From the NCBI GenBank assembly GCA_032128875.1, contig JAVLKG010000001.1:1090443-1154442 (forward strand): a DNA stretch of 64,000 bases, given 5' to 3'. Of this stretch, positions 37,607 to 47,458 are shown piece by piece. This DNA is from Candidatus Melainabacteria bacterium 17Bon1m. GTDB lineage: Bacteria; Cyanobacteriota; Vampirovibrionia; Obscuribacterales; Obscuribacteraceae. The position numbers were made by a program, and so were the translations under genes. The notes beneath the pieces are model-generated. The model ran no database searches, was not told the origin of the DNA, and was given only the letters and a program-made list of their open reading frames with translations. The stretch's first letter is position 1. Each line of letters starts with the position of its first letter.

Positions 37607-39670
37607 CTACATCTTCTTCGGCTGCTTCCTTGGCTCCTGGCAATACGGGCAACGCGACCATTCGCCTAGAATTTCAGCATTGCATCCAGTACATTCTGTC
37701 TCTCTTTGTGCTTCCTCTTCTGTCAGTCCGCACTTCGGGCAACTTGTCCATCCTTCTTGCTGCAGTGTTCCGCAACGCTGGCAAGTTGTCTTCAGATCGT
37801 GCTGGCAGAATGGGCATTTTATAAAATCGTCGCTTATAGGTGTTCGGCATTTAGGGCAAAGCTTGTCATCACCTTCGGTATCAGCCAGGGTCACTCTCAC
37901 TACTTCATCAGCCGTCGTCAAGCCCTGACCAACCAGGCGAATACTGTAGTCTTTGAGTGTGATCATGCCTGATTGCTTGCCTGCAAAACGAATCATCGCC
38001 GTACTTGAGCCTTTGGAAATGAGGTCTCGCAGTTCATCATTCATGCGCATGACTTCGAAAACACCGATACGATTTTTGTAGCCGGTTTGATTGCAGCCAT
38101 CGCATCCAATACCACGCTGAAAGATCGGCCAGCCATTTTCGTCAGTTCTAAAACGGAAATACTGAATAGTTGATTCAGCTGGTTTTTCTTGGAGACGGTC
38201 GAGAACACCGAGATATTCGAGTGCTGACCTCTCCGGTTTATACTCTTGTATGCAGTCAGGGCAAATGCGTCTCACTAATCTTTGGGCGACAACTCCAATG
38301 GTCGCCGATGCCACCAAATACGGGTCCACTTCCATTTCTGCAAGACGAGTAATTGCGCCGGGAGCGTCATTCGTGTGCAATGTGGTGAAAACCAAGTGAC
38401 CAGTGAGAGCCGCTTCTACAGCGATTTTTGCTGTTTCACGGTCGCGGGTTTCTCCAACGAGCATGATGTCCGGATCTTGACGCAAGAATGAACGCAATAT
38501 TCTGGCAAAGTCCAGTCCTTTTTCACGCAAAACCTGAACCTGCGTAATTCCTGCCATCTCGTATTCAATCGGGTCTTCGGCAGTGACGATATTCACTTCG
38601 GGCGAATTGCGCTCGGCAAGCGCAGAATAGAGGGTCGTTGTTTTTCCTGAACCAGTTGGTCCGGTGACGAAGATAATGCCGTAAGGCTTGCTGACCATCT
38701 CGCGAATGACATCAAGGGTGCTCTCATCGCTGACGAGTTTATCCAATCCAAGCATGGTGCCGGACTTGTCGAGCATTCTCATCACAATCTTTTCGCCGTG
38801 CTTGGAGGGCAACGAAGATACCCGGAAGTCAATGTCTCTGCCGGAAAACCGCACTCTAATTCGTCCATCTTGTGGCAAGCGTCTTTCTGCTATGTCCATG
38901 TCTGCCATGATTTTGTAGCGCGAAACGAGCGCTGCCAAAATCGCACGCGGCAACTTGCGATCGACGAACAGAACACCATCCAGGCGATAACGAATTACAA
39001 CGGAATTTACCGTCGGCTCGATATGGATATCAGAGCAATGTCTTTTGATGGCTTTGGCAAGTACCTGGTTGGCGAGGTGAACGATCGGGGCATCCTGCGC
39101 TTGTTTTGCAAGGTCAAGATCGTTGATGTGATCTTCGGCACTGCTGATTAAGTCGAGCGTTGAGAGATCGACTTCTGCTTCGATGAATGTTTGATCCGCT
39201 TCCTCATACGACTCTTCTTGCAGCAAATCTTGGCGCGATGCATAGATGTTTTCCATGAAATGCTGGAAGTCGTCTTCTGTGCAAACCATGGTCTTAATCT
39301 GCATGCTTTTCAGGCGATATTTGATATCGTCCAGTGCCAGCAGGTTATTGGGATTGACCATTGCCACCATCAGGCAATTGCCTTCGCTACTTACCGGAAC
39401 GACCTGGTGCTGGCGCATCAAAGTCTCCGGTAATAGTTCTAATGCTCCGAGCTCTGGCTGTGATTTTGCCAGTGAAATATATTTGACGCCGAACTGCATT
39501 TCCAGAGCGTTCTGCAGATGGGTTTCATTGGCCAAACCAAGCCGAGACAGAATCAAACTAATCGGCTCGCCGGTGCGAAGCCTCTCTTGCTGAACGAGCT
39601 TCAACTCCTCGGCAGTAATCAGCCCGTTGTCTACGAGCAGTTCTCCAAAATCTTTCTTGATTAGTGCCAT
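37607..39670 (-). CDS. pilB: Type IV pilus assembly ATPase PilB with N-terminal MshEN-like domain and C-terminal triple zinc ribbon
   Basis: 'FGELLVDNGLI', 'RRLPQDGRI', GPTGSGKTT, 'LRQDPD', tetracysteine motif, then six C-terminal CxxC. Confidence 0.95.
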   Translation of the reverse strand: MALIKKDFGELLVDNGLITAEELKLVQQERLRTGEPISLILSRLGLANETHLQNALEMQFGVKYISLAKSQPELGALELLPETLMRQHQVVPVSSEGNCLMVAMVNPNNLLALDDIKYRLKSMQIKTMVCTEDDFQHFMENIYASRQDLLQEESYEEADQTFIEAEVDLSTLDLISSAEDHINDLDLAKQAQDAPIVHLANQVLAKAIKRHCSDIHIEPTVNSVVIRYRLDGVLFVDRKLPRAILAALVSRYKIMADMDIAERRLPQDGRIRVRFSGRDIDFRVSSLPSKHGEKIVMRMLDKSGTMLGLDKLVSDESTLDVIREMVSKPYGIIFVTGPTGSGKTTTLYSALAERNSPEVNIVTAEDPIEYEMAGITQVQVLREKGLDFARILRSFLRQDPDIMLVGETRDRETAKIAVEAALTGHLVFTTLHTNDAPGAITRLAEMEVDPYLVASATIGVVAQRLVRRICPDCIQEYKPERSALEYLGVLDRLQEKPAESTIQYFRFRTDENGWPIFQRGIGCDGCNQTGYKNRIGVFEVMRMNDELRDLISKGSSTAMIRFAGKQSGMITLKDYSIRLVGQGLTTADEVVRVTLADTEGDDKLCPKCRTPISDDFIKCPFCQHDLKTTCQRCGTLQQEGWTSCPKCGLTEEEAQRETECTGCNAEILGEWSRCPYCQEPRKQPKKM

Positions 39671-39817
39671 GGTCTTGAGTCTCCAGAAGTGGAAAACAAC
39701 CGACCTGCGGTTGATTTTCGACTTAGATTACAAAGCTAACTTTCCACTTTCTTTCTTATAAATACCGGTTGGGCCCAAATCAGAACAATTCGATGTAAAA
39801 CCGTCGATGCTCGAAGA

Positions 39818-42064
39818 CTACTCAATCCAGACGAGAATGTGCTCACCGCCTGCGGTATGGGGAACAACGGTCAATCGCAGGTTAAAGTCTTTGCCGGACA
39901 TTCTGACTTTGACCCGGCCATCCTGGGGCAAGCGCCTGTCTTGCTGATCGACGCGACCCATTTTACGAAAACGCTGAGTGAGCGCCGGCATCAGCATTTT
40001 TGGCAGCTTGCGCACTATCATCAACTGACCTTGAATGCGGTAGTGCACCAAAACCTGCTTGTCCATTGCCTCTACGTGAATGGTTGAAGCACCTTTGGCA
40101 ATGCCGTTGGCTAAGATTTGATTGCAGAGCATGATTACAGCGGCGTCATCACTTTCTTTCTCGAGAGCATCAGGTTGTTTCTGCTCGGTAGAAGTGCGAG
40201 CGATCGACTCGCTTGCAACCGGTTCGCATTCGCCAAGACCTGCTTCTCCAGTGGATTTCGGTGTGATTGCTTTGAATTCTTCGCTGGCCTGCTCCAATTT
40301 GACTTCGGTTGTTTTATCTTGTAAAACCTGCTTTGTCTCTTCCTTCGTCGCAGCCGCGGAATCAGCCTCTGGCTCAGGCTTTTTCTCTTCCTTCGGCTCA
40401 GGCTTGGATTCTTGCGCGGGCGGTTTTTTCTCGACAGTCGGACTGACTAGTGCGTCGAATTCACCTGTGGCCTCATCATCTTTGAGCCCCGCTTTGCCTG
40501 GTTCTTCTGCCAGCTCTTTGGCCAATTCTCTGGCGACATCTCTGGCATCCGGACGTTCTTTTTTTGTTTCCGACTTGGATTCTGATTTCGTTTCTGATTT
40601 TGTCTCAGCCTTTGTCTCAGCCTTGGTCTCCGTATCTGAGCCCTTGTCCTCGGTTTTCTTTTGAGGCTCGGCTTCTGCCTTGGGCTCTTCTTTCTTTTCT
40701 TCTACTGACTCAGCCTTCTTCTCGTCTTCGGACTCCGGTTTTTTCTCGTCTACCGGTGCAGCTTTTTTCTCAGCCTCCGGCTCTGATTTCTTCGCTTCAG
40801 AGTCTTTGTTGTCCTCTCTGGCTGGTTCAACCTTTGTTTCAGGCGCCTCGACCTCTTTCTTTTCTTCAGCCTGTTTTTCTTTTGGTTCTTTATCTTCAGT
40901 TTTTGCCGCAGGTTCGGACCCTGCCGACTTTGAAGTATTATCAGCCGGCTTCTTGCCAGCCTTATTGCGGGTTTCTTCAATATGCTTTTGCAGCATGTTT
41001 AAGTCGAATTTGCCGGTTTCGTCGTTTGTCGGTATTTCCGGCTCAGTCCTGAACATATTGTCGAGTTCGGACTTATAGGCGCTGTCTAAATCTGCTTTGA
41101 CTACAATTTCTGGCTCTGTTTTGCCAAGAGATGCTGATTCTGCCTTCGCTTTCGCTTCAGCCTCGGCTTTTTGCGCTTCTACTTTCGCTGCTTCCGCTTT
41201 CTCTGCTTCCGCTTTCTCTGCTTCTGCTTTCTGTGCAGCTTCTTTGTCCGCCGCGGCCTTATCGGCAGCTGCTTTCTCGCTTTCAGCCTTCTCTTTTTCT
41301 GCCTTTTCTCTCGCTTCAGTTTCTGCCTTGAGCGCTGCCTCAGCGTCTGCTTTGGCTTTTGCCGCGGCTTCTGCTTCAGCCTTGGCGGCTGCTTCTGACT
41401 CTGCTTTGCCCTTAGCTGCAGCCTCAGCCTCAGCTTTTGCCGCAGCTTCTGCTTCCGCCTGGGCTGCTGCTTCTTGTTCGGCCTTGCCCTTAGCGAGGAA
41501 TGCGGCTAGAGGCGAAAGTGTCGGCTTCTCCTCTGCTTTTGCTTCAGCAGCAGGAGCAGCTTCTTTCTTGCTTGAGTTCTCATCCTTGGCGCCATTATTG
41601 CCTTTGTCCGTTGGCTTGGCGTCTAAATTCTCCTGATAAAGATTGCTCATGAACAGCATGAAGTCGTCTTCAGTACAGACGACGGGCGTGAATTGCCTGT
41701 CTCCGAAATATTGTTTGAGCGCCGCCAAGCCCGTTGAATGCTCAGGATTGACCATGACAACGGTTATGCGTGAGCCTTTCTCATTGACTGGAACCATCAT
41801 GTGTTCGCGGATCTTCGCTTCCGGCACGATCTTCAAAATTTCCGGTTGAATTTCTGTGCGCGCCAGGCTGACGTATGTGACCCCGTATTTGAGCTCCAGG
41901 GCGTTCTTAAAATGGTGTTCGTAAGCTAGTCCAAGTCTCGACAAAATGATGCTGAGCGGCTCTCCGGTGCTTTTTGCCTCTCTCTCGGCAAGCCGCAATT
42001 CATCGGCGCTTATTTGACCGTTGTCGACCAAAAGTTCGCCGATGGATTTTTCCACTACTGACAT
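39818..42064 (-). CDS. ATPase-less PilB paralog (MshEN-like domain, long charged linker, N2D domain)
   Basis: N-terminus 'IGELLVDNGQI...GEPLSIILSRLGLA' closely parallels pilB; C-terminus 'NQILANGIAKGASTIHVE...RRLPQDGRV'; no Walker motifs; ORF track extends to 42316. Confidence 0.85.
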   Translation of the reverse strand: MSVVEKSIGELLVDNGQISADELRLAEREAKSTGEPLSIILSRLGLAYEHHFKNALELKYGVTYVSLARTEIQPEILKIVPEAKIREHMMVPVNEKGSRITVVMVNPEHSTGLAALKQYFGDRQFTPVVCTEDDFMLFMSNLYQENLDAKPTDKGNNGAKDENSSKKEAAPAAEAKAEEKPTLSPLAAFLAKGKAEQEAAAQAEAEAAAKAEAEAAAKGKAESEAAAKAEAEAAAKAKADAEAALKAETEAREKAEKEKAESEKAAADKAAADKEAAQKAEAEKAEAEKAEAAKVEAQKAEAEAKAKAESASLGKTEPEIVVKADLDSAYKSELDNMFRTEPEIPTNDETGKFDLNMLQKHIEETRNKAGKKPADNTSKSAGSEPAAKTEDKEPKEKQAEEKKEVEAPETKVEPAREDNKDSEAKKSEPEAEKKAAPVDEKKPESEDEKKAESVEEKKEEPKAEAEPQKKTEDKGSDTETKAETKAETKSETKSESKSETKKERPDARDVARELAKELAEEPGKAGLKDDEATGEFDALVSPTVEKKPPAQESKPEPKEEKKPEPEADSAAATKEETKQVLQDKTTEVKLEQASEEFKAITPKSTGEAGLGECEPVASESIARTSTEQKQPDALEKESDDAAVIMLCNQILANGIAKGASTIHVEAMDKQVLVHYRIQGQLMIVRKLPKMLMPALTQRFRKMGRVDQQDRRLPQDGRVKVRMSGKDFNLRLTVVPHTAGGEHILVWIE

Positions 42065-42321
42065 TAAGACCGCCTTTTCATTAATTTCGCCGTCTTGGTG
42101 ACAGCTTGGAAGGCTCGGACTCCGGCATGTCTGGTCGCCAAGAGATGCTGCTGTAAAGCCTTCCCAAATTTTGTGCCCGCTGCTTTTTTCTATTAAACAG
42201 ACTGTATACAGATCAGAATATGAGACTTTAATTTGCCGTGTGCAAGAATAGCTAGCAAGGGTTTTGCGATAGCGCCTTTGAATTTCAGGGCTTTTCCAGC
42301 GATTTATTATCTGCACAAATC

Positions 42322-43731
42322 ATGACTGAAAGAGCCGAAGAAACCAAAGAGGAAGCCACAAAGGATACGCTTTTGAATTCAGAGCCATCGAATTCCCCTA
42401 AAGGCAATGCGGCAAATAAAATGGACAAACCAATTCCCACGGCTTGGGGATACCGCGGGTTTGTTTTGGTAAGTTGCACCTTCGTCATTTTCGAGCTTAT
42501 TTTTGTCACGCTATATTCGACCACATCATGGTTTTCCACCGATATCCGGTACCTAGGAATACCAGTGGTAATCGTTTTGCTTCCCATTGCCCATCAAATT
42601 CTCCTCTCTTTCGAAAGGAAAATCCTTCTGAAAATCGCCTCGCCTCTGCGCGATGGTTTGCCACTAATTTTGTATTGGAATTGGATAAAACTCGACGAAA
42701 CCGCGCTTTCAATCGGGCTGAGAAAGGTTGCGTATTCTGCAATCGATGAACTGAAACTGACTATTTGGGGAAATTTGCACATCCGTACTCGCGCGTTGCG
42801 TACCGGCTTCGAGAATACGAGCGATGCTCGAATTTCGGCTGGTGATGGGAATGTTTCGACCGGAGACGCCCGTGTTTTAGCAGATGATGCCAGTGTTTCG
42901 GCTGCTTCTTCTAAGGGCGAACCCACTGATCTGATTTTCAAGCTGCCACTGGGAGTGGTATCGCCTCAATTTCAAAAGATGTTGATTGAAACTGTGAAAA
43001 AGGCAAATCCGCATGTGGAGATCAATAAGCGTTTGAGAAAGCGCCTTTCGCAGCAGGATGTTTCAACCACTCAAATGGTAGGCGTGATGGGCGCAGCTTT
43101 TCTGCTCATAGTACTTCTCGACTTAGGCCAGGCTTCTTACACGTCCCTGGATGTTTTGAAAAACTATTACCTTGCCGATTTGAATGCCCGGAAGCACGAG
43201 ATGGCTGTTGCCGAAAGCTATCTAGAAACTGGCGATAAGCTCATAACCGGTGCACTGCCGATGTCCTGGATCAAGACGAAATTCTTTGACGAAGGTAATG
43301 GTGCTGCAGGTGTCAAAGTTGCGCGCGCTGAAGCGCTTTGGCAGCTTGGACGTCGAGAGGAGGCGGTCGCCGAATGCCGTAACGCCTTAAAGCTTTCACC
43401 GAAGGGCTTTCGTATCAACTTGCGAATGGCACGCATGCTGACCGCAATGGGGTCTCCGAAAGAGGCGAAAGCCGAAATTGAGCAGGCTATGGAGGCAAAT
43501 AAAGACTCTTTCGTGCCAAACGAATACATGATGGCGTTGGCGTTAGAGACATCCGGCAAGCTGGAAGCCCAAAAGCTCTACGAAACATATCTTAAGGAGC
43601 TGGATGAAGAGGTCTTCGGCGAAGAGCCTGTGTGGCCTCCGGGCGGCGAGCGAATGATACACAACGTCTGGTTTAGGGAGGACTTGACATTCCTGTTTCA
43701 GCGCCTTTTCAAACAGCTTGGGCGCTCTTGA
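42322..43731 (+). CDS. Membrane protein with C-terminal TPR repeats
   Basis: Two N-terminal TMs, one central TM, TPR-like 'RAEALWQLGRREEAVAECRNALKLSP'. Confidence 0.75.
   Translation: MTERAEETKEEATKDTLLNSEPSNSPKGNAANKMDKPIPTAWGYRGFVLVSCTFVIFELIFVTLYSTTSWFSTDIRYLGIPVVIVLLPIAHQILLSFERKILLKIASPLRDGLPLILYWNWIKLDETALSIGLRKVAYSAIDELKLTIWGNLHIRTRALRTGFENTSDARISAGDGNVSTGDARVLADDASVSAASSKGEPTDLIFKLPLGVVSPQFQKMLIETVKKANPHVEINKRLRKRLSQQDVSTTQMVGVMGAAFLLIVLLDLGQASYTSLDVLKNYYLADLNARKHEMAVAESYLETGDKLITGALPMSWIKTKFFDEGNGAAGVKVARAEALWQLGRREEAVAECRNALKLSPKGFRINLRMARMLTAMGSPKEAKAEIEQAMEANKDSFVPNEYMMALALETSGKLEAQKLYETYLKELDEEVFGEEPVWPPGGERMIHNVWFREDLTFLFQRLFKQLGRS
42823..42906 (+). repeat. Degenerate 21-bp in-frame tandem repeat (4 units)
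   Basis: Encodes DARISAG/DGNVSTG/DARVLAD/DASVSAA. Confidence 0.6.
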
Positions 43732-43810
43732 TTTCTTAGACCTAGTCAATTTATTGAAGACCTCGAAAGAGGTATCATCGTTAGCCAAATAGTAAGGCTT
43801 TTCGAGTTTT

Positions 43811-45049
43811 TTGATGACGTTGGCTAAGGGATCAGTTGGAGTCGTTGTGGCCGCCCTCTGTTTCTGCATTGCAGTAGAGGGCTGGATAGCCTTTGCACAC
43901 CCTTTTGCGCGTTTGCCAGTCGCTACTATCGAGCAAGGCGAGCTGTTCAACTCGATGAGAGACATCGCCAAACAAACCTCGGGCAAAAACCCTCAACCGT
44001 ACATGGTGCTGCTCGGCAGCTCTCTCGTGGTGGCGCCTGTGGTGCAAGCTGAGTCACAGCATCGCAAGCGAGCAATCAAACGCTTTTACGAACGGCGCGC
44101 AACAGCCTGCGAAGAGCAATTGCAACAGTGCATTTCATTGCCTTCGAGCCAACCTGTCCAGATATTCAATGCCGCTGTCGGCGGTGGCATGGCATCTGAT
44201 GATTATTTTGTTGCCAGAGAATTGCTTGAATCGAAACACAAACCAGTTGCTTTGGTTTGCGGTGTGGCTCCTCGTGATTTCCAGGATAACCTGGTGCCGG
44301 GAATGTACTCAACGAGCGCGTTCCAGATACTCTCGAATCTGTCCGACGTGAAAAGCGTTTTCTGCGACGAATCACTGACGCTAGACAAAAAGTTCGACAT
44401 TGCTATGGGTCGCGTCAGCAATCTTTGGCGCAATCGGGCTGAAGTGAAATCATTTTTCGGCTTGCTTTCGAAAAAACTGATTGAGAAGACTTGCCCTTTC
44501 ATTCTTTTTGAGAAATACGGCGGGACAAGTATGGCGCTTGCACCTCAGAAGGACGGCATCTTTCCCGAAGAGGTCAAAGGAACGCCTTTTGCTTATCCGG
44601 GCTATGCAATCGATCACTACGAGCCGAAGAAGACCTGTGAGCAGTATATGCGCAGCTACAATCCTGTGGACAAGCGTATGGTCGACGAACAGTTTGACTA
44701 TTTCGATCGCACCCTGGAATTAGCTCAAAAGCATGGCGTCGAGGTTCTCGTTGTGAATATGCCGCTTAGCGGAACCAACAAGACGCTTCTCGCACCTGGA
44801 TTTTATGAGTCGTACCTGACGAAGCTGAAGAGCATCTGTGCAACTCGAAATGTTCAACTGACCGACTTCAACAATTCGTCGTGGGACAAGGAAGGCAATT
44901 TTATCGACACGGTCCACATCTCTGCCGAGAGGAGTAATGCTTTCATTCGCGCATTGATGGAGTCTGTCGCTCAATCGCCTCTTTCTGTGGCTTTGTCTGG
45001 CGAGCACAAGCAGCAGATCGGCGCTAAGTCGATTTCAATTCCTCAATAA
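43811..45049 (+). CDS. SGNH-like (DltD/DUF1574-like) membrane-anchored protein
   Basis: N-terminal TM, 'VLLGSSL', 'NAAVGG', 'VNMP', 'DTVH'. Confidence 0.65.
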   Translation: MMTLAKGSVGVVVAALCFCIAVEGWIAFAHPFARLPVATIEQGELFNSMRDIAKQTSGKNPQPYMVLLGSSLVVAPVVQAESQHRKRAIKRFYERRATACEEQLQQCISLPSSQPVQIFNAAVGGGMASDDYFVARELLESKHKPVALVCGVAPRDFQDNLVPGMYSTSAFQILSNLSDVKSVFCDESLTLDKKFDIAMGRVSNLWRNRAEVKSFFGLLSKKLIEKTCPFILFEKYGGTSMALAPQKDGIFPEEVKGTPFAYPGYAIDHYEPKKTCEQYMRSYNPVDKRMVDEQFDYFDRTLELAQKHGVEVLVVNMPLSGTNKTLLAPGFYESYLTKLKSICATRNVQLTDFNNSSWDKEGNFIDTVHISAERSNAFIRALMESVAQSPLSVALSGEHKQQIGAKSISIPQ

Positions 45050-45134
45050 AAATACCTTTTATAAGTGCTAAACATCTTCACCCGGGGAATACTTCCAGTG
45101 GAGTCCGGTTTGTTGTTTCACGAGGTGAAATGCC

Positions 45135-46529
45135 GTGTTGCCTGCCAGACTGTACTTTGCGGCGCTACTTTCTGTTTTCGCCGCTCTTTCGCCCCTTTGT
45201 TCGGCTGTAGCTGACACTGTTCAAGCTCCGACCGAGCAGACCAAAGCAGTGGACACAGTTCTGGACTCCAAGCGTCCAATTAGAGACAAATGGGCTCTCG
45301 TTGTAGGCATCAGCAATTTTGAAAATCCCAAAGTCCCTACGCTCAAATACTCGACAAAAGACGCACGCGACTTTTACAACTATTTGATCAAAGACGCAAA
45401 CTTCCAGCCCTCACATGTGCGTCTGTTGCTTGATGAGAAAGCAACGCGCAGGCGCATTATCTCTGAGCTTGGCAATAAGTTTTTGGCTCGCTTAGCACGC
45501 CCAGGGGACTTGATTGTCCTATTTTTTTCTACTCACGGTAGTCCGTCTCAGATGGATTTGCGAGGTAAGAGTTATTTGGTCACTTACGACGCGGATCCGG
45601 AAGACCTTGATGCTACGGGCATTGGGATGCAGGAAGTGAACGATAAGATTCACAGCCGCGTGCTTTCCGACCGTGTTGTGTTGGTTCTTGACGCATGCCA
45701 TTCCGGCAGCAGCGATCCGAATGCCAAAGGTATGTATCGCGTCGGCAATATGAATGCCCAAGAACTGGCTGAAGGTTCTGGTCAGTTGGTAATTTGCAGC
45801 AGCCGCCCTGACGAGCAATCTTGGGAGTCTAAGCGCTATGAGAATGGTGTTTTCACAAGAAATTTGCTGGAGGCTTTGCGGGGCTCAAGCGGAAAGTTGC
45901 CGCTCGGCGCAGCTTTCGAGAAAGCTCAGCAATTAGTGGAGACTGAAGTGCGTGAAGACCGGCCTGGAGCGCGTCAATCTCCAATGCTCAATGCAAAATG
46001 GGCGGGCAATGACATCGTACTCTCGGTTCCAGCGTCCGAACCGCAAAAGTTGGCTCCGACTGTAGTTGCAGATCTCGAGCCAGACAGCACAGCACCCAAT
46101 ACGGGACAATCTAGACTGTCCAGCAAAAACGTTTCAGAAGTGCAGACAATAGCAATGGCTCAAACAGTAAAAACAGCTTCTATGTTTCCTACTGCGAATC
46201 AAAAATTGGTTTTGACAGCCAGCTATTTTTCCAATGTGCCAAATCCGAAAGAAGCTCTGACTGGCGCCTATGAGGCATCCGCCGCTAATTTCAACAACGT
46301 CGAATTTTACTGGCGTAAAGCAAAACTTCTGATTCAATTAGGTAAATGGACATCAGCAATGGAGTGCCTTAAAGGATGTATCGTGGACGATCCGAATCAA
46401 TCGGACTTTTATTTGGCGCGCGCTCTTTGCTATCACCACATGAAAATGCATGGACTGGCAACACGCGATATAGAGACCGCTCAGTTCAAAAACCCTTTAG
46501 TCTCGAGAAATATAGAATTTGGAGAATGA
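45135..46529 (+). CDS. Exported caspase-family (peptidase C14) protease with C-terminal TPR
   Basis: Signal peptide; 'KWALVVGIS', catalytic 'FSTHG' and 'LDACHSG', 'GVFT'; TPR-like tail. Confidence 0.88.
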   Translation: MLPARLYFAALLSVFAALSPLCSAVADTVQAPTEQTKAVDTVLDSKRPIRDKWALVVGISNFENPKVPTLKYSTKDARDFYNYLIKDANFQPSHVRLLLDEKATRRRIISELGNKFLARLARPGDLIVLFFSTHGSPSQMDLRGKSYLVTYDADPEDLDATGIGMQEVNDKIHSRVLSDRVVLVLDACHSGSSDPNAKGMYRVGNMNAQELAEGSGQLVICSSRPDEQSWESKRYENGVFTRNLLEALRGSSGKLPLGAAFEKAQQLVETEVREDRPGARQSPMLNAKWAGNDIVLSVPASEPQKLAPTVVADLEPDSTAPNTGQSRLSSKNVSEVQTIAMAQTVKTASMFPTANQKLVLTASYFSNVPNPKEALTGAYEASAANFNNVEFYWRKAKLLIQLGKWTSAMECLKGCIVDDPNQSDFYLARALCYHHMKMHGLATRDIETAQFKNPLVSRNIEFGE

Positions 46530-47398
46530 GACTCCATCCAGCTTTTCTTTTGAAATTCATAGGGTTTGTGCTGATTCAGACCTCTTGCACGCAGACCCTG
46601 TTTGCAGCAGAGCTGGCTCCTTCGGATTCTCTTGCGAGGGGCATTACTCTATACAACCAAAAAAATTATGTTGCCGCGCAAGAATTTTTGGCAAAGGCAG
46701 TAAGCGGTGAACATCGTAATGCAGCGGTTGCGCATTACTATTATGCCAACGCGCTTATGCAGACAAATAAGATAAATGCTGCTTTGGAAGAATACGAGCG
46801 TTGTTACAATCTGGCTCCATTCAGTTCATTTTCCGGCTACTGCCGAATGGTGCTATTGAGGTATGGAAGAAGTCCTGATTCCAAATTAGAAACAAGAGCC
46901 GCTGGAAAAAACTCCGCGGAGCAAGGTGGCAGTATTCCTGGAACGGCAGCTGAAAAATTTGCCCGCGAAACGCCAGCAGTAGCCGAGAAGCCGCGCGATG
47001 AAGCTGAAGTCCAGGCATTAAAAGCTCGTCTGCCACGTCTTGTAGCAATAGTGAAAGAAACTCCCCTTGCATTGGATGTAATGGCTGACAATATTTCCTT
47101 TCGCTCTGCATTCGTCGGCGAAGCGGAGCAACGAAAGACTCGCGCTTTTGAGCGACTTGAGCAGTCGCGCCAAACTTTGAAGCATGCCGAAGCAGTAACG
47201 CATTCTTTTGTTCCGTCTGTCAAATCATTTGGCGAAACCGATGAAGAGTTCCGCGCCAGAAGAGTGAAGGCTGAGGAGACCGTTCAATCTTTACTTACAT
47301 CTTTTCGTGAGAATGTAAACGAGGCGGAAAAGAATTTCCAAACGGAATCTTCACTTCTGGACAATTGCATCAATGCCAGAAATGGCTATCAGTATTGA
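46526..47398 (+). CDS. Exported TPR protein
   Basis: ATGA overlap with the caspase stop; signal peptide; 'AHYYYANALMQTNKINAALEEYERCYNLAP'. Confidence 0.78.
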   Translation: MRLHPAFLLKFIGFVLIQTSCTQTLFAAELAPSDSLARGITLYNQKNYVAAQEFLAKAVSGEHRNAAVAHYYYANALMQTNKINAALEEYERCYNLAPFSSFSGYCRMVLLRYGRSPDSKLETRAAGKNSAEQGGSIPGTAAEKFARETPAVAEKPRDEAEVQALKARLPRLVAIVKETPLALDVMADNISFRSAFVGEAEQRKTRAFERLEQSRQTLKHAEAVTHSFVPSVKSFGETDEEFRARRVKAEETVQSLLTSFRENVNEAEKNFQTESSLLDNCINARNGYQY

Positions 47399-47458
47399 AA
47401 GCGAAGCACCATTGCTGGTGCCCCGCTCTAATTTGAGTCAGCTACTTAACTTGTCCTG

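Noticed and set aside
39671-39817. Frameshifted continuation of the PilB paralog ATPase domain
   Set aside because: Only ~148 bp separate it from pilB and no Walker A-like sequence is apparent.
41100-41640. TolA gene or separate Ala-rich ORF
   Set aside because: The AEAEAAAK tract is internal to the PilB paralog; the plus-strand Ala/Ser ORFs are its antisense shadow.
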